Virus record (IMG/VR): IMGVR_UViG_3300049441_000045
Location: 1 to 32,249 of that record
DNA from: a virus
Lineage: Duplodnaviria > Caudoviricetes
Strand: one strand, 5' to 3'
Length of the DNA: 32,249 bases
Part shown: in pieces, positions 8,431-16,691 of the stretch
How the letters are laid out: each line of letters opens with the position of its first letter
Position numbering within the stretch: the first letter of the stretch is position 1
Notes under the pieces: model-generated
Told to the model about the DNA's origin: nothing
Seen by the model: the letters and a program-made list of their open reading frames with translations, nothing else
Database searches by the model: none
Program-made: the position numbers and the translations under genes

Positions 8431-9798
8431 ATGTACGAGGGCACCGTCCCGGCCGCGTTGCGGTCCATCGTCGCTGAGCACGCCCGGCTGTGGCCGGAGG
8501 GCAGCGACGTGTACGTGGGGTCCTCGGGCACCCTGCTGGTGGAACGCACCCTGGCCGGGTCGGTCGGGGCGCGGGGGCTGCGGCTGCACTCCAACGACGT
8601 CACCGCGGCCGGGTGCGCCGTCGGCTGGTACTTCGCCGGCCAACCCGTGCCGTTCACGCTGCGTGAGGACGCCGAGGAGGAGTTGGGGTGGCTCCGGGAG
8701 TACCTCGACGGGCCGACCGCGACCCTCGCCACGCTGATGCTGGGCGCCAAGTGGCTGCCCTGGCTGACCAAACCCGGCGCGTATCACCAGCGGATGGTCG
8801 CCGGGTACCGGGCGCAGTGGCCCAGGCTGCACGCCGCGACGGTCCGCAAACTCCAGGCCGCGACGCTGCGGCTGGAGTCGTTCACCGCCGGCGACGTGCG
8901 GCAGTTCCTGGCCGACGCCCCACCCGGCTGCCCGGTCGCGTCGTTCCCGCCGTTCTGGGGCGGCGGCGGGGACACCCAGTCCGCCGGCTTGGAGGACTAC
9001 TTCACCTGGCCCGCCCCAACCCAAGAACCCCTCGACGAGGACGGCGGAGCCGAGCTCATCGACCTGATCTGCGACCGGCCGTACTGGATCCTGGGGTTGA
9101 ACGAGGAGCTCCCGGCGCTGGAGCCCTACCGGGTCGGGTACGTGCGCTCCACCCCCCGGGCGCAGCCGTGGTTCGTGTTCGCGCACCCGGGGGTGGCCCG
9201 CTACGTCGGGCCGGACCAGAAGACGGCGCCGGTGCTGATGCCCCGCCTCGGGGAACACGACCAGCTCGGGCCGGACCTGCGGTTGCATCCGCTGACGAGC
9301 CCGCAGTTCAACTCGCTGCGCTCGGCGTACCTGGGTAAGGGCATCGCGCCCGGGGAGCCGCTGTTCGGGTGCGGGGTGTCCTCCGGCGGCCGGATCATCG
9401 GGGCGTTCGGGTACCTGTGGACCCCCCGCTACGGCCTCGACGCCTACCTCATGTCCGATTTCGCGGTCGCCCCGACCCGGTACCGGCGGCTGAGCAAGCT
9501 GATCGTGATGGCCGCGATCAGCCAGGAGGCGCAGCTACTCATGCAGCGGGCCGTGTCCCGGCGAGTCACGGGCTGGGTGACGACCGCGTTCAGCCACAAC
9601 CCCAGCGCCCCGAAATACGCGCGGGGGGTGCCCGGGGTGGTGCTGTTCGCCCGCAAACCCTGCGAGGACGGGGTGCACCCCTGGCAGTTGCAGTACGGCG
9701 GGCCGCTGGGGCAGTGGACGCTGCCCGAGGCCCTGGCCCGGTGGTCAGCACGGCACGGGCAGTTGGTGACCGGCGACACCCGCGAGCACGCCGAATGA
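8431..9798 (+). CDS. putative antirestriction DNA adenine-modification protein (Dam-like N-terminal fold plus GNAT/Mom-like C-terminal region)
   Basis: Motif I-like VYVGSSG, LHSNDV, motif IV variant SFPPF; C-terminal IIGAFGY...YLMSDFAV..RYRRLSKLIV...TTAFSHNP..KY resembles a GNAT beta4/motif A/beta5 arrangement. Confidence 0.7.
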   Translation: MYEGTVPAALRSIVAEHARLWPEGSDVYVGSSGTLLVERTLAGSVGARGLRLHSNDVTAAGCAVGWYFAGQPVPFTLREDAEEELGWLREYLDGPTATLATLMLGAKWLPWLTKPGAYHQRMVAGYRAQWPRLHAATVRKLQAATLRLESFTAGDVRQFLADAPPGCPVASFPPFWGGGGDTQSAGLEDYFTWPAPTQEPLDEDGGAELIDLICDRPYWILGLNEELPALEPYRVGYVRSTPRAQPWFVFAHPGVARYVGPDQKTAPVLMPRLGEHDQLGPDLRLHPLTSPQFNSLRSAYLGKGIAPGEPLFGCGVSSGGRIIGAFGYLWTPRYGLDAYLMSDFAVAPTRYRRLSKLIVMAAISQEAQLLMQRAVSRRVTGWVTTAFSHNPSAPKYARGVPGVVLFARKPCEDGVHPWQLQYGGPLGQWTLPEALARWSARHGQLVTGDTREHAE

Positions 9799-10388
9799 TG
9801 ATCAGCGTCGGGCTCGACGTCGGGAAGAAAAACGACCCCGCCGCGCTCGCGGTGCTGCACACCACCGGCACCCGCCCCGACAGCCACCGGCCGGCGTGGA
9901 CCTGCCTGGAGGTGGGGAACCTGCCGCTGGGCACCCCCTACGAGCAGATCGCGATCCGGGCGGTGGACCTGGGCCGGGACTTCGCCGCCGCGGGCTACCC
10001 GGTGGTGCTGACGATCGACACCACCGGCATCGGCGACGCGGTCGTCGAGCTGGCCCGGGCGAAAGACACGGAGCTGCACATCGTCGCGGTCACCATCGGC
10101 GCCGGCCGGGTCCTGACCCACACCGCCCCCGACGACTACACCGTCGGCAAGCACCGGCTGACCGACGTGCTGGCGGTCGCGTTGCAGCAGGGCGGCCTGG
10201 TGCTGCCCGACACCGCCGGGGGGCGGCTGGCGGGGCAGCAGATGGCCCGGTTCGTCGCGGTCCCCACCGCCACCGGCTACCACCGGCATGAGGCGTCGGC
10301 CGGGCACGACGACCTGGTGCTGGCCCTGGAGCTCGGGGTCTGGACCGGGGACTCCCTCTACGATCAGGTCGCCGGGGTCGGCCCCTGA
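9795..10388 (+). CDS. stand-alone terminase-type RNase H-like nuclease domain
   Basis: VGLDVGKKNDPAAL, TIDTTGIGDAV and GHDDLVLAL give the full acidic triad of terminase C-terminal nucleases; ATGA overlap with the upstream gene. Confidence 0.8.
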   Translation: MMISVGLDVGKKNDPAALAVLHTTGTRPDSHRPAWTCLEVGNLPLGTPYEQIAIRAVDLGRDFAAAGYPVVLTIDTTGIGDAVVELARAKDTELHIVAVTIGAGRVLTHTAPDDYTVGKHRLTDVLAVALQQGGLVLPDTAGGRLAGQQMARFVAVPTATGYHRHEASAGHDDLVLALELGVWTGDSLYDQVAGVGP

Positions 10389-10428
10389 CCCCGGCCCTCC
10401 GGCACCCCAGGGCAGGGAAGGCAGCGAC

Positions 10429-10632
10429 ATGCGGTACCCGTACAACCCGGCCACCGGTCAGGTGATCACTCTCGACGACCTGGCGGCGTTCGTCGCCGAG
10501 ATGGTGGGCTACCGGCAGCTGCCGGGCAGCACCCCGGTCCGGGCGCACGGCCTGATCGAGTTCGACATGCAGTCCGGTCCCCGGCTGCGGCAGGTCACCG
10601 CCGACGCCGACCAGCTGGCACCGGGGGGCTGA
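10429..10632 (+). CDS. small hypothetical protein
   Basis: 67-aa ORF MRYPYNPATG..., GGAAGG RBS, GC3-biased codons, fills the operon gap. Confidence 0.65.
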   Translation: MRYPYNPATGQVITLDDLAAFVAEMVGYRQLPGSTPVRAHGLIEFDMQSGPRLRQVTADADQLAPGG

Positions 10633-10635
10633 GCG

Positions 10636-11616
10636 GTGACCCTCCGGGAGCCCCGCCCGGTCCGGCGCCGGCTGGCGGATCTGACGCTGCTGGGGGTCAA
10701 CGCCCGCTACATGACCCAGGCGACCTACCAGCGGCTGGTCGCGAACCTCCGCAAGGACGGGTACCTCACCTCCACTCCGCTGATCTACGGCGGGGAGGGT
10801 GAGTACCCGGAGGGCCGGGAGCTGGTGCTCTCCGGTAACCACCGGGTCAAAGGCGGTCTCGACGCGGGGATCGAGGAGGCGTGGTTCCTGCTCATCGACC
10901 AACCGCTGCCGAACGCCCGCCAGATCGGGTTGCAGCTCACCCACAACGCCGTTCAGGGGCAGGACGACCTGGCGATCCTCAAACAGCTCTACGACAGCAT
11001 CGGCGACGTCGACACCCGCGCCTACGCCGGGCTGGACGACCGGACCCTGGAACTCCTCGACAAGATCGACGCCCAGTCCATCACCGAAGCCGCCCTCGAC
11101 TTTTACACCGTCAGCCTGGTGTTCCTGCCCCCCGAGGCCGACCACGCCCGGGCGGTGCTGGACCGCCTCGGGAAACTCGCCGACGGAACCTGGCTGGCCC
11201 GCTACGCCGACGCCACCGCCACCCTCGACGCGCTTGCGTCAGCCCACAGCGCCCACAACGTCGGCAACGTCGCCACCGCGATGGGGCTGCTCATCGCGAT
11301 CGTCGAGGAGCACCTCACCGACCTGCAGGTGGGCTACCTGGACCCGGCGTCGGACAAGGCCCGCCACCAGGGGCACGTCGGGCTCGAAGTGGTCCTCGGG
11401 TCCCGGACGGTGCCGGCCGCGCTCGCGGCGACCCTGACCCGGGAGCTGCACCACGCCATCGAAACCAGCCGGGTGCAGCGGGACAAGCCGTGGCAGCTGA
11501 TCGAGCTGATGCTCGCCGCGTACCTGGGGGCGCAGGCAGCGCGCAGCGGCACCCGCCCCAACCTGGACGGGCTGCCGCTGCTTGACCACCGCCCCTCGGA
11601 CCACGGCGGCCGGTGA
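10636..11616 (+). CDS. ParB/Srx N-terminal domain protein
   Basis: NARYM...LVANLRKDG...PLI...VLSGNHRV...LTHNAVQGQDD pattern typical of ParB-like domains linked to phage DNA modification genes. Confidence 0.8.
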   Translation: MTLREPRPVRRRLADLTLLGVNARYMTQATYQRLVANLRKDGYLTSTPLIYGGEGEYPEGRELVLSGNHRVKGGLDAGIEEAWFLLIDQPLPNARQIGLQLTHNAVQGQDDLAILKQLYDSIGDVDTRAYAGLDDRTLELLDKIDAQSITEAALDFYTVSLVFLPPEADHARAVLDRLGKLADGTWLARYADATATLDALASAHSAHNVGNVATAMGLLIAIVEEHLTDLQVGYLDPASDKARHQGHVGLEVVLGSRTVPAALAATLTRELHHAIETSRVQRDKPWQLIELMLAAYLGAQAARSGTRPNLDGLPLLDHRPSDHGGR

Positions 11617-11623
11617 CCGCCGG

Positions 11624-12124
11624 TCAACAGCCGGCGGTGGCGAGCTCCTCGACGACCCGGATCTCTTCCACCGTGGCCTCGGTGCGGGCCAACTCAGCGG
11701 CGGCCACGTAAGCGGCGTCGACGTCGCCCATCTGGTGCGGGATCGGGAACCAGCAGGCGCCGACCCGCTGGACCTCGACCCGGAACCGGGTCGCGGCGAA
11801 CAGCAGCCGCAGGTACTCCTGGGGGACGGGGAGGTCGTCACCGTACTCGTCGACCGGGCCGACGAGCAGCACGTCCCCGACGATCAGGTCCCGGCCCCGC
11901 AGGGCACTGTTGTGGACCCAGGTCATCGCGGTGGCCCGAGGGTTGAGCGGCAACCCGTTGAGCTTGCCCTCCTCGTTCAGGTACAAGCTGGCGGCGGGCC
12001 GCGCGAACCCGACGACCTCCAGGTCCCCGCCGACGATCCGGTTGTAGTCCCCGTCGACGGGGTCGAGCTGCTCGACCCGCACGGGCACGGTGTGGTCGGC
12101 GGGGATAACAATCCCGGTGATCAT
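11624..12124 (-). CDS. DUF3846-like protein
   Basis: IVGGDLEVV...LYLNEEGKLNGLPLNPRAT...IVGDVLLVG signature. Confidence 0.75.
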   Translation of the reverse strand: MITGIVIPADHTVPVRVEQLDPVDGDYNRIVGGDLEVVGFARPAASLYLNEEGKLNGLPLNPRATAMTWVHNSALRGRDLIVGDVLLVGPVDEYGDDLPVPQEYLRLLFAATRFRVEVQRVGACWFPIPHQMGDVDAAYVAAAELARTEATVEEIRVVEELATAGC

Positions 12125-12159
12125 GGGGTGGTCTTCTCTCTGGTGGGTGGCGCAGGGGT

Positions 12160-12780
12160 TCAGATCAGGGCGTCGCGGTCGACGTCGGTCAGGACCCACG
12201 GGTCGGCGAAGCTGTCGACCTGGTGGGTGAAATGCGCCAGGCTCACGGCGCACTCAGTGGCGGAGGGCAGGTCGGCGAGCACCCGCAGCCCGGTGTAGCG
12301 GTGGTGCGCCAACGCCCGCCAGTGCCGCCCGGGGCGGGTGTGCTCCCGCCACACCTCACCGAGGTCGACCCCGGCGGCGGTGACCACCGCGTAGGTGCGG
12401 ACCCGGTCGGGGTGGGGGCGCCCGGCGGTGACGTCGACCAGGGACACGTCCCGGAAGGTGAACGGCACCGGCCAGACGCCCAGCTCCCGGCGGCTGAACA
12501 GCCGGCCGCGTCCGATCGCGGCCCGGCCCGCCGGGGTGATCGCCGGGGCGAGGCCGGGGCCGGTGAAGTCGGCGAGGCCATGGCGCACGAGGGCGCCGAG
12601 ACCGGCGTCGTCGAGCCCGTGCAGCAGGCCGTGCTCGCGACGTGTCGCGTCGTCCAGGGCCACCCGGTGGGTGGTGATGACGACGGCGTCGCGGCGAGCG
12701 GCCTCCGCGGCCCGACGGGCACGTCGGACGCACACCGGGTCGAGGCCCGGGGCGGCGGTGCTCCAGTCGGTGGCGGTCAT
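12160..12780 (-). CDS. hypothetical protein
   Basis: ORF from MTATDWST with GAGG RBS and GC3-biased codons. Confidence 0.6.
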   Translation of the reverse strand: MTATDWSTAAPGLDPVCVRRARRAAEAARRDAVVITTHRVALDDATRREHGLLHGLDDAGLGALVRHGLADFTGPGLAPAITPAGRAAIGRGRLFSRRELGVWPVPFTFRDVSLVDVTAGRPHPDRVRTYAVVTAAGVDLGEVWREHTRPGRHWRALAHHRYTGLRVLADLPSATECAVSLAHFTHQVDSFADPWVLTDVDRDALI

Positions 12781-12920
12781 GGCTGCCTCGCTTTCAGGAG
12801 GGGTTACGGCTGCGGGGTGCGGGTAACGACGAGCTGAACAATCAGCGCACCGATCATTAGCACTACGGCGGTCATCAGGCCGTGTTCCCACACGGACCGC
12901 CTCTCTATTCGTAAGTGGTC

Positions 12921-12976
12921 TATACTATGTATATCGCTCAATGGGTCCGGTTTGTTACCATTCCGGCGCATTGTTA
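12921..12976 (-). promoter_or_regulatory. AT-rich promoter/operator, copy A of a repeated module
   Basis: TATATCG(12930)...TCCGGTTTGTTACCATTCCGGCGCATTGTT, similar to 14559-14615. Confidence 0.55.
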
Positions 12977-12989
12977 TCGGGGGTGGGGG

Positions 12990-13033
12990 GGCGCGCGAGT
13001 CCCCGGAAACCATTCCCGGGGGACTCGCGCGCC
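12990..13033 (-). terminator. strong hairpin / probable terminator
   Basis: 15-bp perfect stem GGCGCGCGAGTCCCC/GGGGACTCGCGCGCC, about 40 nt after the stop at 13075. Confidence 0.65.
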
Positions 13034-13074
13034 AGAGCACACACACAAGCAGAGGGGGGAGGCGGGACGCTCGC

Positions 13075-13260
13075 TTAACCCGGACCGAGTTGCTCGGCGG
13101 CAACGACAGTGAGGGCGGCCAGGAGATCCACGGTGTCGCCGAGCTCGCCGGTGGTGTTGCCCCACTGGCACGCGCTGAGCTCACCGTGGCCGCCGAGGGC
13201 GACCAGGAACCGGCGGGTCTGACCGTCGGCGGTGGTGATGATGCCCTCGATGCTGGCCAT
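13075..13260 (-). CDS. small hypothetical protein
   Basis: 61-aa ORF MASIEGIITT..., start overlaps the upstream stop. Confidence 0.55.
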   Translation of the reverse strand: MASIEGIITTADGQTRRFLVALGGHGELSACQWGNTTGELGDTVDLLAALTVVAAEQLGPG

Positions 13261-13556
13261 CACGAGCCGCTGGCGGGGGCCGCTTGGGGCGGCTCGGAGT
13301 ACGGGTACAGCGCGTCGACGAAGTGCTGGCAGGTGCAAACCCGGACCTCCCGAACACCGTTGATCACGTGGCCGACGATCTGGTGGGAGCAGCGGCCGGT
13401 CGTGCGGTCGTGGAAGGCCCACGCCCCACCGCACTGGCACACCAGGGGATTGGTGTTGAGCTTGCGTACCGCGCGTCGGTAACCGCGCCAACTGCCCCAC
13501 CAGAAGGTGAGCAGCGGCAACCCGACCACCAGAAGCCCGCCGAAAAGTGCGTCCAT
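13260..13556 (-). CDS. small membrane-anchored protein with Cys/His metal-binding motifs
   Basis: N-terminal hydrophobic helix LFGGLLVVGLPLLTFWW; CQCGGAWAFH...CSH...CTCQHF; GAGAGG RBS. Confidence 0.65.
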   Translation of the reverse strand: MDALFGGLLVVGLPLLTFWWGSWRGYRRAVRKLNTNPLVCQCGGAWAFHDRTTGRCSHQIVGHVINGVREVRVCTCQHFVDALYPYSEPPQAAPASGS

Positions 13557-13586
13557 CCTCTCAGCTCCTGTCAGTCATGGTGGGTG

Positions 13587-13712
13587 TCAACATAGGAAAT
13601 AAGGCCGGTCTGGATCCCCAGCTACAGCACCCGGAACAGGGTCGATGCTGATCTGATCCAGGAACCGATCGAGGGAGGCCTCGATGCTCGGGCTGCGCAG
13701 CAGTTCGGTCAC
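13587..13712 (-). CDS. possible 41-aa peptide not in the ORF track
   Basis: GTG-start MTELLRSPSIEASLDRFLDQ...PYFLC*, with GGGGAG upstream. Confidence 0.3.
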   Translation of the reverse strand: MTELLRSPSIEASLDRFLDQISIDPVPGAVAGDPDRPYFLC

Positions 13713-13784
13713 GGTGCAGTGGCTCCCCACGTTCAAGGCGCGGGTCCTCGGGCGGGCCGGTTAGCTCGACGGCCAGCGGCGCGA

Positions 13785-14132
13785 TCACGTGGTCACCCGG
13801 CTGCCTTCCCAGACGGGCGTGGCCCCGCTGGGTTCGATCACGCACCAGGCCGGCACTCCGGAGCGAAGACCCAAATGTGTACAGGCCGCCGCCTCAGCGT
13901 GATCACGAGACTGGCGGTAAACATCCGGGTCGCGGTCGGTTACCAGCCAGTAACCGTTGGGGTGCTCCACGGGCTGGCCCACGGTCCAGATGCCGCCCAC
14001 CTTGCCGGGGCAGGCGATGGGCACGATCACGCACCAGGCATTCGAGTTGGCGGCGAGCATGGCGCGGGCCGTGCGCACCTGCTCCTGGCTGGGCTGGTAC
14101 CAGGCGACCCGGTCAGCGTCAGGGGTGATCAT
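13785..14132 (-). CDS. hypothetical protein
   Basis: 115-aa ORF, GAAGGA RBS. Confidence 0.6.
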   Translation of the reverse strand: MITPDADRVAWYQPSQEQVRTARAMLAANSNAWCVIVPIACPGKVGGIWTVGQPVEHPNGYWLVTDRDPDVYRQSRDHAEAAACTHLGLRSGVPAWCVIEPSGATPVWEGSRVTT

Positions 14133-14168
14133 CGGTTTCCTTCCGAAAGCAGGCGGTGATGGTGGCCA

Positions 14169-14519
14169 TCAGACGCCGGCCCGGGCGGTGTACAGGCGAC
14201 CCAGGGCTGCCAGGGCGGTGCGCTGGGCGTCCAGGGTGGCGCAGAGGGTGTCGAAATGAGCGGCGCTGCCCTGCAGCTCTCCGAGGCTGTTGACGATGCG
14301 CAGGCAGGTGGCGGTCGGGTCGAGTGGGCCGGTGACCCGATCGACGATCGAGGCGATCGCCTTGCCCTGAGCCGTGAGCAGCCGCTCGGTGGAGACCACG
14401 TTCTGCACCGCGACGAGCAGGGCGAGGGCCAGGTCGTCGTCCTGGTCACCGGTCAACAGTTGCCGCATGCTGACGGTCACGTCCACGCTCCGCAGATTCA
14501 GTTCCTCACGCTCGAACAT
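14169..14519 (-). CDS. hypothetical helical protein
   Basis: 116-aa ORF, GGGAG RBS, first gene after the promoter at 14550-14615. Confidence 0.65.
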   Translation of the reverse strand: MFEREELNLRSVDVTVSMRQLLTGDQDDDLALALLVAVQNVVSTERLLTAQGKAIASIVDRVTGPLDPTATCLRIVNSLGELQGSAAHFDTLCATLDAQRTALAALGRLYTARAGV

Positions 14520-14544
14520 CGCTCACTCTCCCGTTTTCTGTTTT

Positions 14545-14615
14545 GTCTGTATATGATATATATCGCCGTAGCCCTTCCGGTGTTAACATTTACGGCGCAC
14601 CGGCGGCATTGTTTT
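14545..14615 (-). promoter_or_regulatory. AT-rich promoter/operator, copy B of the repeated module
   Basis: TATATCG(14559)...TCCGGTGTTAACATTTACGGCGCA...CATTGTTTT. Confidence 0.55.
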
Positions 14616-14656
14616 ATGTGGTGCGCGTCATGTTGTTTTCGCCGTTTCCCGGCCGG

Positions 14657-15115
14657 TCAGAACAGGGGTTCGTTGACGATGGGTGGCGGCGCGTCCTGCT
14701 CAGAGCGCAGCTCCGGGATGCGCCGGCCTCCGAGCTCGGGCACCTCCTCCCCCGTGGCAGCCGCCCACCACAGCCCGAACATGGTCCGGTGGCACCACTT
14801 CCCGGGTTTCGTGAGGTTCTCGAAACACAACACCACCACCGGTACGCCCAGCTCAGCGCCCACCAGGTGGCGGATCGCGTGGGCGGCGCTGCGGATCGCG
14901 GTCACACCGCAGCGGTCCAGGCTCGCCCGGTAGGCGGCGGCGAACGCCTGCTGGTCGGGCTCGGTCATGAGGCTCCGGGCGGGATAGACCAGGGGCAGGC
15001 GGTGCACCAGCGGGTAGGGCAGCTTGAACCGGGGCCGCCCATTCGACCCCTGAACCGGCACACCGACCATTGTCTGGGGGTTGTACTCGGCGTAGGAACA
15101 GGTGCAGAACAGCAC
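14657..15115 (-). CDS. DUF488-family-like protein
   Basis: P..L...F...Y...L...VVLCFE...WCHR signature; start chosen at GTG 15115, uncertain. Confidence 0.65.
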   Translation of the reverse strand: MLFCTCSYAEYNPQTMVGVPVQGSNGRPRFKLPYPLVHRLPLVYPARSLMTEPDQQAFAAAYRASLDRCGVTAIRSAAHAIRHLVGAELGVPVVVLCFENLTKPGKWCHRTMFGLWWAAATGEEVPELGGRRIPELRSEQDAPPPIVNEPLF

Positions 15116-15148
15116 GTCACTAATCCTCTCGCAGTGGTGTCGACAGTG

Positions 15149-15208
15149 AATAGGACACCTATTGATCATAGTCCACAATGGTCCCGCGCGCCATTGTGGG
15201 AATAGGTG
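15149..15208. promoter_or_regulatory. nested inverted repeats upstream of the DUF488-like gene
   Basis: AATAGG-ACA-CCTATT (15149-15163); CCACAATGG-N9-CCATTGTGG (15173-15199); CACCTATT/AATAGGTG flanks. Confidence 0.5.
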
Positions 15209-15239
15209 CCCCATCCGATTCCGGTCTGCGTGGGGCCGC

Positions 15240-16277
15240 TCAGCTGGCGGCGGTCGAGGGCTGGCCGACCTCGCCGGCGGCGTCGTCGGCGAGGTCGGCT
15301 GTGAGCTCCCGAAGCGTGTCGGGGCTCATCCCGTGGGTCAGCGCCACGTCGAGTAGCTCGGCCAGGGTGTAGCCGGGGTGGGCCACCAGCGCGTTGCCCA
15401 ACGCCGCCCGGGCCAGCGCCCCGTCGCCCCGGTACCAGGCGGCGACGGCGAGCAGCGTCGCCGGCGCCGCCCGGTGCGGTGCGGGCACCCCGCGGACCAA
15501 CTCCAGCCACAGTGCCTCGGTGGCCTGGGCGTACTCCCCGTCGCTCTCGGCGAGCACGGAGTCGCGGACCGGGAGGTGGTCCAGAGCGAGGGCCAGCTCG
15601 ACGTACTCGGCGTCGGTGGTGGGCCGCCGCCCGCTGTGCGCGGCGAGGATGGCGGCGACGACCCGGGTGCGCAGCGCGTCCAGGTCCACCGGCCCGGTGG
15701 GTGGGTCGGCCAGCAGCCGGGTCCGGCGGAGCAGGGCCGCCGGGTCCGGCGGATCCAGCTGGGCCGCCAGCTCGTCACGGTTGGCGTAGGTGACCAGCCC
15801 GGCGGCGGCCGCCATCGCCGCCAGCGGCGAGGTCCGCGGGTCGGGTACCAGACCGTGACAGCTGGGGTGGGTGTAGCACAGCCAGGGCTCGTCGACGGTG
15901 ATCGAGGCGACCCACAGGGCGTGGGTCAGGACGATCCGGGCGTCGGCGCACACCCGATCCAGGGCGGTGATGAGGTCGGGGCGGGGCGGGGTGCCACCCT
16001 CGGGGGCTCCGGCGCCGATGATTACGACGTGGGCGGCGTCGGCGCCGGACTCGGCGAGGTTGCCGACCAGGGTGGCGGCGGCGAGCTCGGTCTCCGGCCC
16101 GGCGGCGGGCAGCGCGCAGCGCTGCACCAGGCCCAGCGACGCGACGTTCGGGGATCGGGCGCCCAGTGCGATCACGACGAGCGCGTCGCCGGGGTCGAAG
16201 CCGAGCAGGTACGGGACGGCGGCGATGAGCTCACCGCCGTTGCGTAACCGGACGACCGGTTTGGCGGGGTGGGTCAT
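15240..16277 (-). CDS. DUF4192-family protein
   Basis: VRLRNGGELIAAVPYLLGFDP..LVVI, ..VRD.., LWLELVR, A.AWYRGDGALA..AL..AL...PGYTLAELL actinobacterial signature; GAGAGG RBS. Confidence 0.85.
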   Translation of the reverse strand: MTHPAKPVVRLRNGGELIAAVPYLLGFDPGDALVVIALGARSPNVASLGLVQRCALPAAGPETELAAATLVGNLAESGADAAHVVIIGAGAPEGGTPPRPDLITALDRVCADARIVLTHALWVASITVDEPWLCYTHPSCHGLVPDPRTSPLAAMAAAAGLVTYANRDELAAQLDPPDPAALLRRTRLLADPPTGPVDLDALRTRVVAAILAAHSGRRPTTDAEYVELALALDHLPVRDSVLAESDGEYAQATEALWLELVRGVPAPHRAAPATLLAVAAWYRGDGALARAALGNALVAHPGYTLAELLDVALTHGMSPDTLRELTADLADDAAGEVGQPSTAAS

Positions 16278-16303
16278 GGCGGGTGGTGTCCTCTCGGGAT
16301 TAG

Positions 16304-16615
16304 TCATGCGGTGAGGCGGGCGAGCTGATCGAGCCACCCGAAGTCCGGGCGGACCTCGGGTCGCTGGAGGCGTGCCGAGGTCGCGATCTCGAGCCCGGCG
16401 ACGAACCACCGGTCCACGGTCCGCTCGACGACGCTGATCCACTGCGACCGGCAGGCGACGTCGGTGCCGTCCGGGCAGGTGTGCTCGTGGGTGATCAGCG
16501 CCACCGGCGGCAGCGGCGGGTACCGGGGCTCACGCACCCCGTCGTAGCCCAACGGGTCCGGGGTGGGCAGCTCGCTGGGGTGCGGTGGCCCACCGCCGGC
16601 GCCGGAGGTGGTCAC
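16304..16615 (-). CDS. hypothetical protein
   Basis: GTG start at 16615, apparently coupled to a 27-codon mini-ORF (16612-16695) that follows the ATPase gene. Confidence 0.4.
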   Translation of the reverse strand: MTTSGAGGGPPHPSELPTPDPLGYDGVREPRYPPLPPVALITHEHTCPDGTDVACRSQWISVVERTVDRWFVAGLEIATSARLQRPEVRPDFGWLDQLARLTA

Positions 16616-16691
16616 TCGCGTGGTTTCTCGGTGCGGTCGTGGACCCGGATCCCGGCGTAGCCGCCGGTCAGGGCGGTGAACCGGCCGTCGC

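Noticed and set aside
10636-11616. ParB-like gene as the partition partner of ParA
   Set aside because: It lies 19 kb from parA inside the modification operon and lacks an evident ParB HTH, and parA already has a coupled RHH partner
13600-13720. Structured ncRNA/riboswitch suggested by several short inverted repeats (CTGGATC/GATCCAG, ATCGAGG/CCTCGAT)
   Set aside because: No recognisable family motif; stems are short, and a small ORF with an RBS explains the region equally well
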